From IMG/VR virus record IMGVR_UViG_3300010356_002264: DNA of 64,000 nucleotides, one strand, 5' to 3'. The notes beneath the pieces are model-generated. The model worked only from the letters and a program-made list of their open reading frames with translations. It was not told the origin of the DNA and did no database searches. Shown here piece by piece: positions 9,390 to 19,400 of the stretch. Each line of letters opens with the position of its first letter. Position 1 is the stretch's first letter. This stretch comes from a virus (lineage: Duplodnaviria; Caudoviricetes). Position numbers and translations under genes: made by a program.

Positions 9390-12300
9390 CAGGTCCCCAC
9401 GTTGTTCCGGCGTCCCTGCCCGTCGGGTGCTGCGCCGAAGATGAGGGTCGCGCGGTTACCAGACACCATGCTCTTCTGGGGCGGCGTCGGGTCGGGGTCC
9501 CCGCCGCCGTCGGCGGCGATGTTGCGGGCGTGGTTTCCCACCACGATGAAGCTCGCGGGAGTGTCCCTGGGGAGCAGGATGTCCGCGCCGCGCGTGGCGT
9601 TCCCGACCAGGATGATGAGGTTGGACTTGGCCGTGAGGCCGCCCGAGACGACAGAGTTGCCCGTGAAGATGGACTGGTGAGCCGCGTTCGCGAGGATCGC
9701 TCCGGACGAGTTGCCCGTCATGACCGTCCCCACGTGCCCGTCCGCAAGTACGGACGCCAGGTGGTTACCCGCGATGATCGACCTTGAACCGGTCGCGGAG
9801 AGCTTGAGCTGCCCCTGCGCGCGGTTGCCCGACAGGACGAGTGTACCTCCGTCGACCGTAACGGTCCCGGCCACGTCCGACCCAGCCAGGATGCCAAAGG
9901 CACTCAAGAACTCTACGCTCCCGTGGCGGCCTCCCGTCACGACGCAGTCTGCATCTACCAGGAGCGGACCCGTCACGTTGGCCGAGACGACGGATCGAGG
10001 TGCGCGCACCGTCATCAAGGAGGCCCAGTTGCCGTTGACGAGGGCCTCCTCGGTCGTCCCCCCCACCACGACGCCGAGACCAATACCGAACAGGGCCCGG
10101 TTGTTCCTGACCATGGCCTGCTGGCCCGTCACGACGATCGAGAGGGCCGTGCCGGAGGTCGTCTCGAACGAGGTCAGGTGGTTCCCGTCCACCTCACACT
10201 GGTCTCCGTCGAGCCATATGCCCCCCTCGCCCGTGAACCGGTTGCCTCGCAGGATGTTTCCGACCCCGCGACCACCAGACCTCCTGACGAGGAGGTTCCC
10301 TTGGTGGTTGATGGTGCAAGACTCGACGAGGTTGTTCGACCCTTCAAGGGTGAGCCCCTTGATCAGAGTGCAGCCCCTGAAAGCCCCGTTGTCTCCGACC
10401 GCGCTCACGTTCTTGCGGAACAAGCAGCTGGCGAACTCCGGGAGGGTTCCGTCGCGTAGCAGCACGTCCGTGAAGTCGCAGTGGGAGAACCGGATGAGGA
10501 GTCCCGAGGTGATGAGGTCGAGGAATGCAGAATCGGACACGACACAGTTGTCCGTAACGAGGCTGACCCCACCAGGGACCTGCACGAAGCCCTTGATCAC
10601 GCAGCGGCTGGCCGCCTCCAGGGCGGAGGACCTGCTGTCCGTCAGCGTCGTCTCGAGCTCTAAGCGGATCACACCGCTCGCGATGATCCGGTCCCCGTAG
10701 TTCTGGCGCCCGAGCTGCACGTCGGCGTTCGTCGTGAAGTCGACGACCCGCGAGAGCGGGGAGTCCACGCGCAGGCCGGTGACTCCAGGCGCGACGGCGG
10801 CCACGTCAACACGACACCCGCTCACCACGGGCATCTCGCCATTACGCACGTGGAAGCCCGTGCGGGGGATGATCATCGGGTCGAAGGCGAGCTCGCGTCC
10901 CGTGCAGCGGTCGAACGTAACGCCAGCTCCTGCGGTTGTCCCGATGACGAACCCAGCCCCCCTTGACCCCAGGGCGGCACACTCGGAGAAGTTATCGCGC
11001 GTACCGTCGGTGTAGTAGCAGTGTAGGAACCCCGACACCGTGCAAGCTCGCACGACGTTACCCAGGCCAAGGTCGCCGGTGATTCCAAGCGAGATCCCGG
11101 CCTGACGAGGGATCGCCGTCTGGGCGGGAGCCTCCTGGCGGAACGTGCAGGCGTCGACGTTGCACCCGTTCGACCGGTCAATCATGACCCCGAAGTCGGT
11201 GACGCGGTTGGCCGCGCAGCGACGTATGGTTGAGTTCGTGAGGGTGACGGGAGGTCGAAGGAGAAGCATCCCGTGCGCGAGGTTGGCTCCCTCCATGTTG
11301 ATGCCGTCCAGGACAAGCCGGTCGATGAGGTTTCCTGGTCCCGAGTGGACGAAGGCCACCCGGTTAGGGTTGGGGTTGAGGCCCTGCCCTCGGTCCAGGT
11401 AGTGGATGCGCAGGTTGCGGAACTCACACCCGTTGCGCCCCTGGATGTCGAACAGCGCCTCGTCGGGGTGGTCCCAACTTACGCCGCTCAGGTCCGTCCG
11501 GTTGAAGTCCGCTGACACCACACCCTCGACAAGGATACCGTCGCAGGGCAGTCGAACAGGGACCAACGGTGCCCGCTCTTCCGTCAACCCCACCACGAGG
11601 ATCCGAACCTGGTAGCCGGACAACCCCGCCTCAGGGTTGACGAGCTCCCCCACGTACCCCATCGCCTCTGCCACCGTGGAGAAGTGCGGCTCGGGGATGC
11701 CGTACGGCATCAGGTCAGGCCGGCGGCCCACGATGACGTCGAGCCGGTAGTCCACCTCGCGCAGTGGGTACCGCAGGTCGAGCAGCTCCGTGATGCCGCC
11801 ACCAGCAGCGTGCACACGACCCACGAGGATGTCGTCGCGCCCAGGTAGGGGACGAGCTACTGGACTGACGCTGAGGCGTACGTCGCATGGGTCCGTCCCC
11901 ACGAGGTAGACGTACGAGGTCGCATTGTCGGGCACGATGGTCAGGCGACTGCGCACGGGCACGCGTCGACCCCCAATGAGCGCCCAACCGGGGTCGATCG
12001 TGACGACAAGGCCGCCGGCCGCAGTGGGTCGGCATCCCTGGAGGATGTTCGGGGCGAAGAGGTCGTGGAAGAGTGGTGCGGCCTCGTGCGTGCGCGTATC
12101 GACGGAGGTTGTCCCGTCACCGTGCCACGTGACCCGAGCGCCAGGAAATCGAATCCCTTGAGTGCGGGCCGCCCGGCCGTAGGCGAGGTCGTTTCGGTAG
12201 TCGACCTGCGGAACGCCGCCGCTCTTGGAGTAGTGGCGACGCAGGACCGCAGAGGCCGGAGCCATCGCGCTGATGGTCTTGGTGTCGCCCGCAACGCCAC

Positions 12301-14596
12301 CGCCCGAGCACCCGAGCAGTCGAATCGTGGGGCGGGGCCCCCCCCAGGCGACGAAGGACTCGTAGTGGAAGGACGAGGCCCTCACGGTCGGGTCTCCGGA
12401 GTCGAACAGTGGAGGACCCTCCGCTGAAGTCCCCAGAACCAGGTCCACCACGCCGGACGGCGGGATAGCGACGGGCGTGTAGGGGGCGTCGAGGTCGAGG
12501 TCAAACCGGTCCGGATAGGCGGGAATCGTGATGGTCTGCGGGGTGACCGGCATCACCACCCGCTGAGAGAAGGGTGGGGCTGTGTCGAACCCCCCCACCC
12601 CACAGGGATCCACCTCAGTCCCCGGGTCGGCGGCCCCGAACAGCGTGACCTCTCCCTCGTTCTCGACGCTTGCGGGCACGAAGCTCGCGAACACCACCAC
12701 CTCGTGCCGCGGGTTGTCTGGCGTGTTGAGCGTCCTGGGGTCCGGGCAGAGGTCGCAGCTTGGACCAGGTGCTGGAACGTGGGAGAGGCGCAGGATGCCC
12801 TCCTCGTAGTCTACCTCCCAGGACTGGGGCTCCGAGGACCCGATGTCGAGCGTCAGCTCGCGCGAGGAGATGGGCCGGTCGAAGTCGGGCTCGAGCGTGC
12901 CTCCCGCTCCGATGCGCGCGGGGAACAGCACCGCGCGGAACCCGAGCTCCAGCAGACTGCCTGGATTGGCGTTGGTGCCCGGACGCCCGCGGCCGGCGCT
13001 CGTCGTGTTGAAGACCACGCGGTCCGGTCGGTGCGGAGTCATTCCCGCGACGTGCGGCCACCCCTGCACGGACCTGCCCGACAGGAGTGGCGGTAGCAGG
13101 GGGCGTAGCCGGGTCGAGTCGAGCGCGTCCACGTCGATCGTCGAGGATGTCCACAAGGACGACACGGGTGGATGGATGGTGTAGGTGAGCTTGACACGCT
13201 GTCCCAGCAGCGCGGCGTCGAGCCAGAACGCGTCAGCAGAGGCGTCGAACGGCATGCCGGTGTTCGGGTCGATCTCGATGAGTCGCCGGCAGATGACCAG
13301 GTAGGTCCCAGCCGCGGGAACCACGATCTCCAGCACCTCGAACCAGCCGGTCAGGCGCTCTAGGCCGGGGTCGAGGAGCATCGACTTACCCGCGCTCCAG
13401 ATAGAGGCGTCGAGGATCTTCTCGACGCTGTGGATGCGCACCACCTGACCAACCTGGGGGCGCGTACCCTCGTCCGCGAAGAAGGCCCACCTTCCGATGG
13501 ACAGCTCGACCGGTGTCGGGTCGGTGGTCTCCCCTTGCAAGTGCCCCACTCCCGCTCCCAGCGGCCTGCGCACCGGCAGCAGCGCGGTGTCCCCGTAGTC
13601 CTGCGGCTGGCCCTGGTACTTCTGGACCGGGTTACCTGCCCACGGCAGGGGGGACCCAGGGTCCTGGAACGTCCACAGCGCACTGGGGGGCTGGAGGTCG
13701 GAGGGCAGCGACCGGGCCGGGGGGACGAACCCGTAGGCGCGGGACCGGTGTCCGTCGCGCGAGGGCAACGCGACGAGCCGCGCGGCTTCGGGACGGAGGA
13801 GATGAACCAAGCGCACGATCGCTCGGGTCGCGGAGGGAAAGTCGAAGTAGGCCGCGAGTCGCTTGCCGGGGTCGAGGGTGAGTGTGTCGCCCGATATCTC
13901 GACGACACGAAACACCTCGTGCCGCGACTCAGGCCCGCGGGCGCGCAGGGCGGCGCGAGAGGTGAGACCCTCCGAGCCGATCGCCCAGTCACCAAGGCCG
14001 GCGTCGTTGACGCCCACGACGCCAGCTTCCCCCGTCATCGCCACGACGAGGTACAGCCCGGAGGACGGGATCTGGTCGGTCCCGTAGATCCACAGGATGG
14101 CTGGAGTGAGCGAGTAGATGGGCTTGATGGGGCCCGATGACGGAGTCGTGCGCGGGGAGATGGTGTCGAGGGTGAGTGTATCCCCGCCGGCCTTACCGGA
14201 GTTGTCGACAGCCACCCACTGGATGTCGAGCATGGGTCCGCTCTGACCCGTAGGCCCCAGGAACGAGAAGGACACGGGTCGCCCCGCGAAGGAGGGGCCG
14301 CGAGAACCCACGCGGTTCGTCTCCCGGTCGTACGGGCGGAAGTTCACCTCGGGGAACCCGGGGAGACCGAGCTGGTTGCGTACGAACTCCCGGTGTCCGG
14401 ACGGACGAGCGACGGAGGCGTCGAGCACGCCATCCTCTCTCCACCAGGAGCTTGCCCAGGACCCCCCACCAAACCCGGAGGGTGCGGCAGGAGACCGACG
14501 GACAGGCTCCTGCCAGGGTGTTAGGGACTCGGTGGTCGCGACGGTCCCGTCGCGTTCTTTGCGGATGAGGTCGAGGAGGTCGTCGTTCTGGCTCAC
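9389..14596 (-). CDS. Large tail fibre/spike-like protein with C-terminal parallel beta-helix (1735 aa)
   Basis: C-terminal ~700 aa has recurring (I/V)xGNx, xxGCx and xxNxx beta-helix-like repeats; fibre-like PGWALIGGRRV...ITELLDLR segment; structural neighbourhood. Confidence 0.7.
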   Translation of the reverse strand: MSQNDDLLDLIRKERDGTVATTESLTPWQEPVRRSPAAPSGFGGGSWASSWWREDGVLDASVARPSGHREFVRNQLGLPGFPEVNFRPYDRETNRVGSRGPSFAGRPVSFSFLGPTGQSGPMLDIQWVAVDNSGKAGGDTLTLDTISPRTTPSSGPIKPIYSLTPAILWIYGTDQIPSSGLYLVVAMTGEAGVVGVNDAGLGDWAIGSEGLTSRAALRARGPESRHEVFRVVEISGDTLTLDPGKRLAAYFDFPSATRAIVRLVHLLRPEAARLVALPSRDGHRSRAYGFVPPARSLPSDLQPPSALWTFQDPGSPLPWAGNPVQKYQGQPQDYGDTALLPVRRPLGAGVGHLQGETTDPTPVELSIGRWAFFADEGTRPQVGQVVRIHSVEKILDASIWSAGKSMLLDPGLERLTGWFEVLEIVVPAAGTYLVICRRLIEIDPNTGMPFDASADAFWLDAALLGQRVKLTYTIHPPVSSLWTSSTIDVDALDSTRLRPLLPPLLSGRSVQGWPHVAGMTPHRPDRVVFNTTSAGRGRPGTNANPGSLLELGFRAVLFPARIGAGGTLEPDFDRPISSRELTLDIGSSEPQSWEVDYEEGILRLSHVPAPGPSCDLCPDPRTLNTPDNPRHEVVVFASFVPASVENEGEVTLFGAADPGTEVDPCGVGGFDTAPPFSQRVVMPVTPQTITIPAYPDRFDLDLDAPYTPVAIPPSGVVDLVLGTSAEGPPLFDSGDPTVRASSFHYESFVAWGGPRPTIRLLGCSGGGVAGDTKTISAMAPASAVLRRHYSKSGGVPQVDYRNDLAYGRAARTQGIRFPGARVTWHGDGTTSVDTRTHEAAPLFHDLFAPNILQGCRPTAAGGLVVTIDPGWALIGGRRVPVRSRLTIVPDNATSYVYLVGTDPCDVRLSVSPVARPLPGRDDILVGRVHAAGGGITELLDLRYPLREVDYRLDVIVGRRPDLMPYGIPEPHFSTVAEAMGYVGELVNPEAGLSGYQVRILVVGLTEERAPLVPVRLPCDGILVEGVVSADFNRTDLSGVSWDHPDEALFDIQGRNGCEFRNLRIHYLDRGQGLNPNPNRVAFVHSGPGNLIDRLVLDGINMEGANLAHGMLLLRPPVTLTNSTIRRCAANRVTDFGVMIDRSNGCNVDACTFRQEAPAQTAIPRQAGISLGITGDLGLGNVVRACTVSGFLHCYYTDGTRDNFSECAALGSRGAGFVIGTTAGAGVTFDRCTGRELAFDPMIIPRTGFHVRNGEMPVVSGCRVDVAAVAPGVTGLRVDSPLSRVVDFTTNADVQLGRQNYGDRIIASGVIRLELETTLTDSRSSALEAASRCVIKGFVQVPGGVSLVTDNCVVSDSAFLDLITSGLLIRFSHCDFTDVLLRDGTLPEFASCLFRKNVSAVGDNGAFRGCTLIKGLTLEGSNNLVESCTINHQGNLLVRRSGGRGVGNILRGNRFTGEGGIWLDGDQCEVDGNHLTSFETTSGTALSIVVTGQQAMVRNNRALFGIGLGVVVGGTTEEALVNGNWASLMTVRAPRSVVSANVTGPLLVDADCVVTGGRHGSVEFLSAFGILAGSDVAGTVTVDGGTLVLSGNRAQGQLKLSATGSRSIIAGNHLASVLADGHVGTVMTGNSSGAILANAAHQSIFTGNSVVSGGLTAKSNLIILVGNATRGADILLPRDTPASFIVVGNHARNIAADGGGDPDPTPPQKSMVSGNRATLIFGAAPDGQGRRNNVGT

Positions 14597-14611
14597 CCGC
14601 TAAGCATACCC
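14597..14611 (-). promoter_or_regulatory. Class II promoter-like element (GG-TATGCT-N6-GTG)
   Basis: Hexamer 14603-14608, 6 nt before GTG 14596. Confidence 0.6.
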
Positions 14612-14628
14612 AACGGGCCCCTACCTCG

Positions 14629-15030
14629 TCATGGAGAGGTTGGGCTCGCGGGCTCGGTGCGAGGCCACTCCTGCACGATGGCCCCCATCTGCTCCCCTAC
14701 GCGCCGCCGCTGGAGCTGGTCGATCCCCTCGCTGACAAACTCCCGGTACCGGTAAACGACGTGGTTTGAGATCGGGACCGCGCGGTAGTTCCCGTCAGCC
14801 CCCACGTACTCCAGGCCGTCGAGCGCGCCCCCGATGCGCTGGGCCGGCAGGGCGAGCGCGGGGTTGGGGGGAGGGTCCATGACGACACGATCCTGCCCGT
14901 CCCCGTCGAACTGCATCCCGAAGATCGTGCTGTGGCCCGCGTTGTAGTGGAGGAAGGCGAGGAACCGCTCCAGGCGACGATGCACGCTGGGAGAGGCGGT
15001 GATGGTGAAGGTCTTCGTCTCCATTGTCAT
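14629..15030 (-). CDS. Hypothetical protein (133 aa)
   Basis: Clean ORF; GG-TAGGGT-N6-ATG upstream (15037-15042). Confidence 0.7.
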   Translation of the reverse strand: MTMETKTFTITASPSVHRRLERFLAFLHYNAGHSTIFGMQFDGDGQDRVVMDPPPNPALALPAQRIGGALDGLEYVGADGNYRAVPISNHVVYRYREFVSEGIDQLQRRRVGEQMGAIVQEWPRTEPASPTSP

Positions 15031-15039
15031 GCCGTAACC

Positions 15040-15330
15040 CTACCCTGCGCGCTCCGCTCGAACAGGTGCCATACGAGCCGTCCCACACTCATCTGAACCG
15101 TCCCCCCGGTCGGGCTCGCGCGGGGACAGCAGCACTCGAACCACGCGAACCTCAACCTCAACGATCCCACACTCGAACAGGCAAACCGCGCGCCTCTCGG
15201 CGAGCGCTCGGGCCGTCGGGTAGACGGGAACCTCAGGGGCTCCCTCCAGCTCGAAGGCGAAGTCCGTAAGGTCCATGAACCCGCGCCGAGGTTTGAAGTT
15301 CTTGGGCTTGCAGTGACGTCGAGCGCTCAC
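15040..15330 (-). CDS. Small hypothetical phage protein (96 aa)
   Basis: ORF with VYPT...ECGIVEVEVRVVRV; directly follows the HDAC gene. Confidence 0.65.
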   Translation of the reverse strand: MSARRHCKPKNFKPRRGFMDLTDFAFELEGAPEVPVYPTARALAERRAVCLFECGIVEVEVRVVRVLLSPREPDRGDGSDECGTARMAPVRAERAG

Positions 15331-15356
15331 GGGTCAAGTAGCTCACGGGTCAAGTA
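15325..15356. repeat. Perfect 16-bp tandem duplication (GCTCACGGGTCAAGTA x2)
   Basis: 15325-15340 is identical to 15341-15356. Confidence 0.9.
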
Positions 15357-16263
15357 GCCCACGCAACAGGTACTCTGCGCTCTCCGCCGTCGCCTCTCGG
15401 TGGTAGCCCCCCTCCAGCACGGCGGCCAGCCTCGGCTGGAGCTTGAGGAGGTCGCGGACCAGCACCCCGTAGTCAGCGGACTCCAGCTCAAGCTCCGCCT
15501 CAGGGTCGAGCCGGTGCGCGTCGAACCCCGCCGACAGGAGAATGATGTCTGGCTGGAATCCTCCAACGAACGGGAGCACGAAGCGCTGCCACTGGGTCAT
15601 GTAGTCGGCGGTCGTGGTCCCGCCACGCAGCGGGACGTTCAGGTTCATCCCCCGCCCATCCCCCTGACCGTACTCGTTCGCCCTCCCGCTGAAGGGGTAG
15701 AACGGGTGCTGGTGGGTGCTCACGAACAGCACGTCTGGGTTGGAGTAGAAGAGGTCCTGCGTGCCGTTGCCGTGGTGCGCGTCGATGTCGACGATCGCGA
15801 CGCGTGCTCCGCGCGCCTGACAGGCCGCAGCGGCGATCGCCACGTTGTTGAGCAGGCAGAAGCCCCCCGCGTGGTCTCGCCCCGCATGGTGGCCCGGCGG
15901 ACGCACGACGGCAAACCCGTTGTCCTGCGCGGAGGCAAGCACGCGAGTCGCGACCTCTGTCGCGCTGCCCGCGGCAAACAGGGCAGTCCGCAGGCTCCCC
16001 GGACCAAGGTACGTGTCCTGGTCCAACCACCCTGAAGATCGGGAAGCAAGGTATGCCCCGTAGGTGTCCGAGTGGATACGGCGCACCTCATCTACCTCAG
16101 CCGTACGAGGGGCCACCCGCACGCATCGATCGGCCAGCCCCGCGGCTTCCAGGCGACGCATGATCGTCCGTACACGGTCTGGTCGTTCTGGGTGGTCAGA
16201 ATCGCCATCCGGCGGTTCGTGGGCCGCGCAGAAGACCTCATCCATGCACAAGTTGGTACTCAT
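15343..16263 (-). CDS. Histone deacetylase (Zn-dependent HDAC/AcuC/APAH) family deacylase
   Basis: HPERPDR, RPPGHHA, GGFCLLNNVAIA, DIDAHHGNGTQ, SAGFDAH, LEGGY; start ATG 16263 overlaps the upstream TGA (ATGA). Confidence 0.92.
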   Translation of the reverse strand: MSTNLCMDEVFCAAHEPPDGDSDHPERPDRVRTIMRRLEAAGLADRCVRVAPRTAEVDEVRRIHSDTYGAYLASRSSGWLDQDTYLGPGSLRTALFAAGSATEVATRVLASAQDNGFAVVRPPGHHAGRDHAGGFCLLNNVAIAAAACQARGARVAIVDIDAHHGNGTQDLFYSNPDVLFVSTHQHPFYPFSGRANEYGQGDGRGMNLNVPLRGGTTTADYMTQWQRFVLPFVGGFQPDIILLSAGFDAHRLDPEAELELESADYGVLVRDLLKLQPRLAAVLEGGYHREATAESAEYLLRGLLDP

Positions 16264-16460
16264 GGGGTGGAAGCGCGCGGACCCTGTGACCTGGAGCTGT
16301 CTGTTCGCTTCCGCCGCAAGATGCCACGGTCCGCGATCTCCCCAGAGACTGCGCGCAGTCGTTCTCGGTCCCAAGGACGACCCGCCTTGGCGAGCAGGAT
16401 GGTCTCCATGAGCTCGGTGCAGAGGTCGTCGTCAGACATCTCGGAGGGAGGCTGGGGCAT
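16260..16460 (-). CDS. Small hypothetical protein (66 aa)
   Basis: Track ORF; class I element upstream; coupled to the HDAC gene. Confidence 0.65.
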   Translation of the reverse strand: MPQPPSEMSDDDLCTELMETILLAKAGRPWDRERLRAVSGEIADRGILRRKRTDSSRSQGPRASTP

Positions 16461-16497
16461 GGGGAAGCGTCGATGACCCCTCGTGACCCGGAGCTGC
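16461..16497 (-). promoter_or_regulatory. Class I promoter-like element CAGCTC-N18-CGAC-N8-ATG
   Basis: GAGCTG 16491-16496, abutting the TAG at 16497. Confidence 0.75.
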
Positions 16498-19400
16498 TAC
16501 GGGACCTCCCTTCGGATCCCCACGACTCCGCGCACGAAGAGGTTCGGGGCCGTCACGTCGGAGGTCCCGAAGGTCCCCGTGAGGGGGTTCTTCGGGTGGG
16601 AGAGGTCGTACGGGAGGGCTTCCGGCGTCATGGTGACCCGAACGAGCAGGGGCACCTCCTCGAGGAACCCGGAAGGACGGAGGGCCGCGAAGTCTCCAAG
16701 GTTCAGCCGGAGACGGCAGTACACGAGCCCCGTGTCGGGGTCGACTCCGCTCTCCGTGCCAGGTCCGTGGATGAGGCAGCCAGCTCCATCCTCGGTCGGG
16801 CTCTGCTTTCCAGGCCCAGTTCCGTCTCGGCGACCCGCATCCATCCACGTCGTCAGCCCCGGCACCTTCACGTGGACGGCGACCACGCCCCGCTGCCCAG
16901 GGCCGGGCGCAACGTACCCGATGTCACTGAGGTCTACCCCGTCGACGCGCAGCGTGACGACCGAGCGCCCCGCGTACTCGTAACCCATGTCGATCGCGCG
17001 GACGTATGCGCGCGGTCCCAGCGCCTTGGAGTAGTCGGGCTGGTCTACGGAGAGACCGTCGTCGGCCTTCGACGGACGCACGCCGGCCGCCGCGTAGTCG
17101 ACCGCGGGGTAGCGAACGACTCCTGTGGACGGGTGAGGGTAGGCGGCTTGCTCCACGGCAGATGGAGCCCTGTGCGGCAGCCCCGCGACCTGGAGGTGAC
17201 CGAGCTTGAGCGGGTCGAGGTGGCGGCCCAGCCGGACCCAGGACATCTCCTGCCACCCCGCCGTGTGCGCGATGCGCACAGGAAGGGCGAGGTAGGCTGG
17301 CAGCCAAGTCCCCAGGCCAGGTCCGGAGAGGGCTTGGCTGGCGGGGAAGGCGTAGATGCTGTCCACGGGGGTCCACTCGTTCGTCCAGCGATAAACCTCG
17401 TCGAGGAACCTCTCATCCTTGTCGCGGTCCGTGTTCGCCAAGCTGGCCGGAACCCCGTAGGGCACAGCCCCGCCGGTCGTGTAGTTGCCCGTCCGCGGCA
17501 GGGAGGCCCCAAAGTTCCCCGCCGTGTGAAGCATGACCTGCGCGGGGGGATCGAGCGTGAGCTCCACCCCGCGGTCGGAGGGCCACAACCCCCCGTCATG
17601 ACGCGACCGCACGAACGCGCGGATCCGCGCGTCGCTGGAGAACGACGGCGTGTCCGTGTCCCCCCGCAGGGGCATAGTGGTCGTGCAGGAGACGTCCAGC
17701 GTGTCGGTCGGGTCCGGTGCGTTGAGGCCCCCGTACGTGCCTCGGGCGTTGTTCCCACAGTGGGTCAGGGGCACCTCCACGCGTCGAAGCCGTGGGTCCC
17801 CCGCAGACCCGGCGAACGAGGTGAGCGCAGCAGGTGGGCTGGCTCCCTCGGGGACCTCGATCGAAGGTTGGCCTGGGATGGTTGGGTGCTCGCCCCAGCC
17901 GAACGCCGCGAGAGACAGCACCACCGGGCATGGAGGGGCAATGACCGCGGGAGGAATGACGCGCGCGAACAGGCGCGCGTCGTCGACACCGAACACGCCG
18001 GTCTCAAACACGCCCATGGCACCCTGTAGACCGACGGAGAGCAAACCGATCAGGGAGTCCCCCGTTGTGGGGTCGGTGGGCACGTAGTAGGCGACTCCCG
18101 AGACCCACATGACGGGAGGGGTTGCCGCCACGGACCACTTGGCGGACCCCGTGGCGGAAGCGGGCGTCGTGGGCTCGGCGGGCACCGATACCTCCGCGCG
18201 CACGGCATGGTAGGAGACGGACGCATACCCGTACGTGGGGGCGGGGCCGCGCGGGGGTCTTGCCCCCCCACCATCGAAGTTGGAGACGTTGCTCATGTAG
18301 CCGGGCCGTATGGTGTCGGCGACGCGTGCCCCATACAGGTCTCCGAGGTCGAGCGCCCCCGTGAGGACGAACTTCTCGAACGCCCCCTCAGTACGGAAGT
18401 GCAGCAGCAGGTAGGTCCCCACGCGCACCAGTCCCGCCCCCGGAGCCGGCGCGAGGAACGCGTGCCGGTACCGTGCTATCTGTCGCGACCAGCCGTCCTG
18501 ATGGAAGAGCCCCCCGTAGAGCCCGGCCGTCGGGAGGATGGCGGGTAGGAGCGTGCCGTCAGGCAGGATGTTCGCCGCCGGCAGCTTCTTCTCGAAGAAG
18601 CGGAACGTCTCGCGGGATCGCAGGACATCCATCCCCCTGGGCGTGTAGGGCAGGGTCGCGTAGTCGGCGACCTGAGGGAGCCGGTAGGCAAGGAAGTTAG
18701 GCTCTGCTCCCTTCCTGGTGAGCAGCACCGTCGAACCCAGCACGACCTGACCGCTCGCGTCGGGAGGAGGGGCAGGGGAGTAGCCAGATAGGGAGGCCCC
18801 CAGGATGGGGATTCCATACGGGAGGACAGGGCCCGCACCCCCGTCGGTTCCGAGGCGGACTTGACCCGCCGCGGGCCAGGTTGCGCCCGGCGCGCGACGT
18901 GCCCCCTGCTTGCCGTCCGCGTCGTAGTCGTCGTACGGCGCGCGCAGCAGCAGCCCGTCGAGGCTGTCCACACCGAGCAGGATCTCCCGCAGGTCGTACT
19001 GACCGCTGGCGCGCCCCGGAAAGGCGAGGGGGTCGTAGTTACCGTCCTCGTCCCGGCCTGGGTCAAAGATACCCCCGGGGCTTCCGTCGCAGGCATCGTT
19101 GCAGCCCGAGCACTGACGCGGCTTGGGCGGCGGGGGTGGGAGGATACCCTGTCCGAGCAGGACCGCTGCGACGACGCGGTCCTCGAAGGGCTGGGCCAGA
19201 AAGTCCGCTGCCTCGGTGAGCTTGCCGTCCGGTCTCGTTGCGGGCCACTTGACGAGGGCGAGCACGCCACGGTCGGCCGGGTGGATGATGCCGGACACCA
19301 CGACGGGAACGTACTCGTAGCGCGTCGCGGTCGCTGGATCGATCCAGCGACGCACCGCGCGCAAGGTACGTACAGTCGGACCTGCACCGGCGGCGACGCC

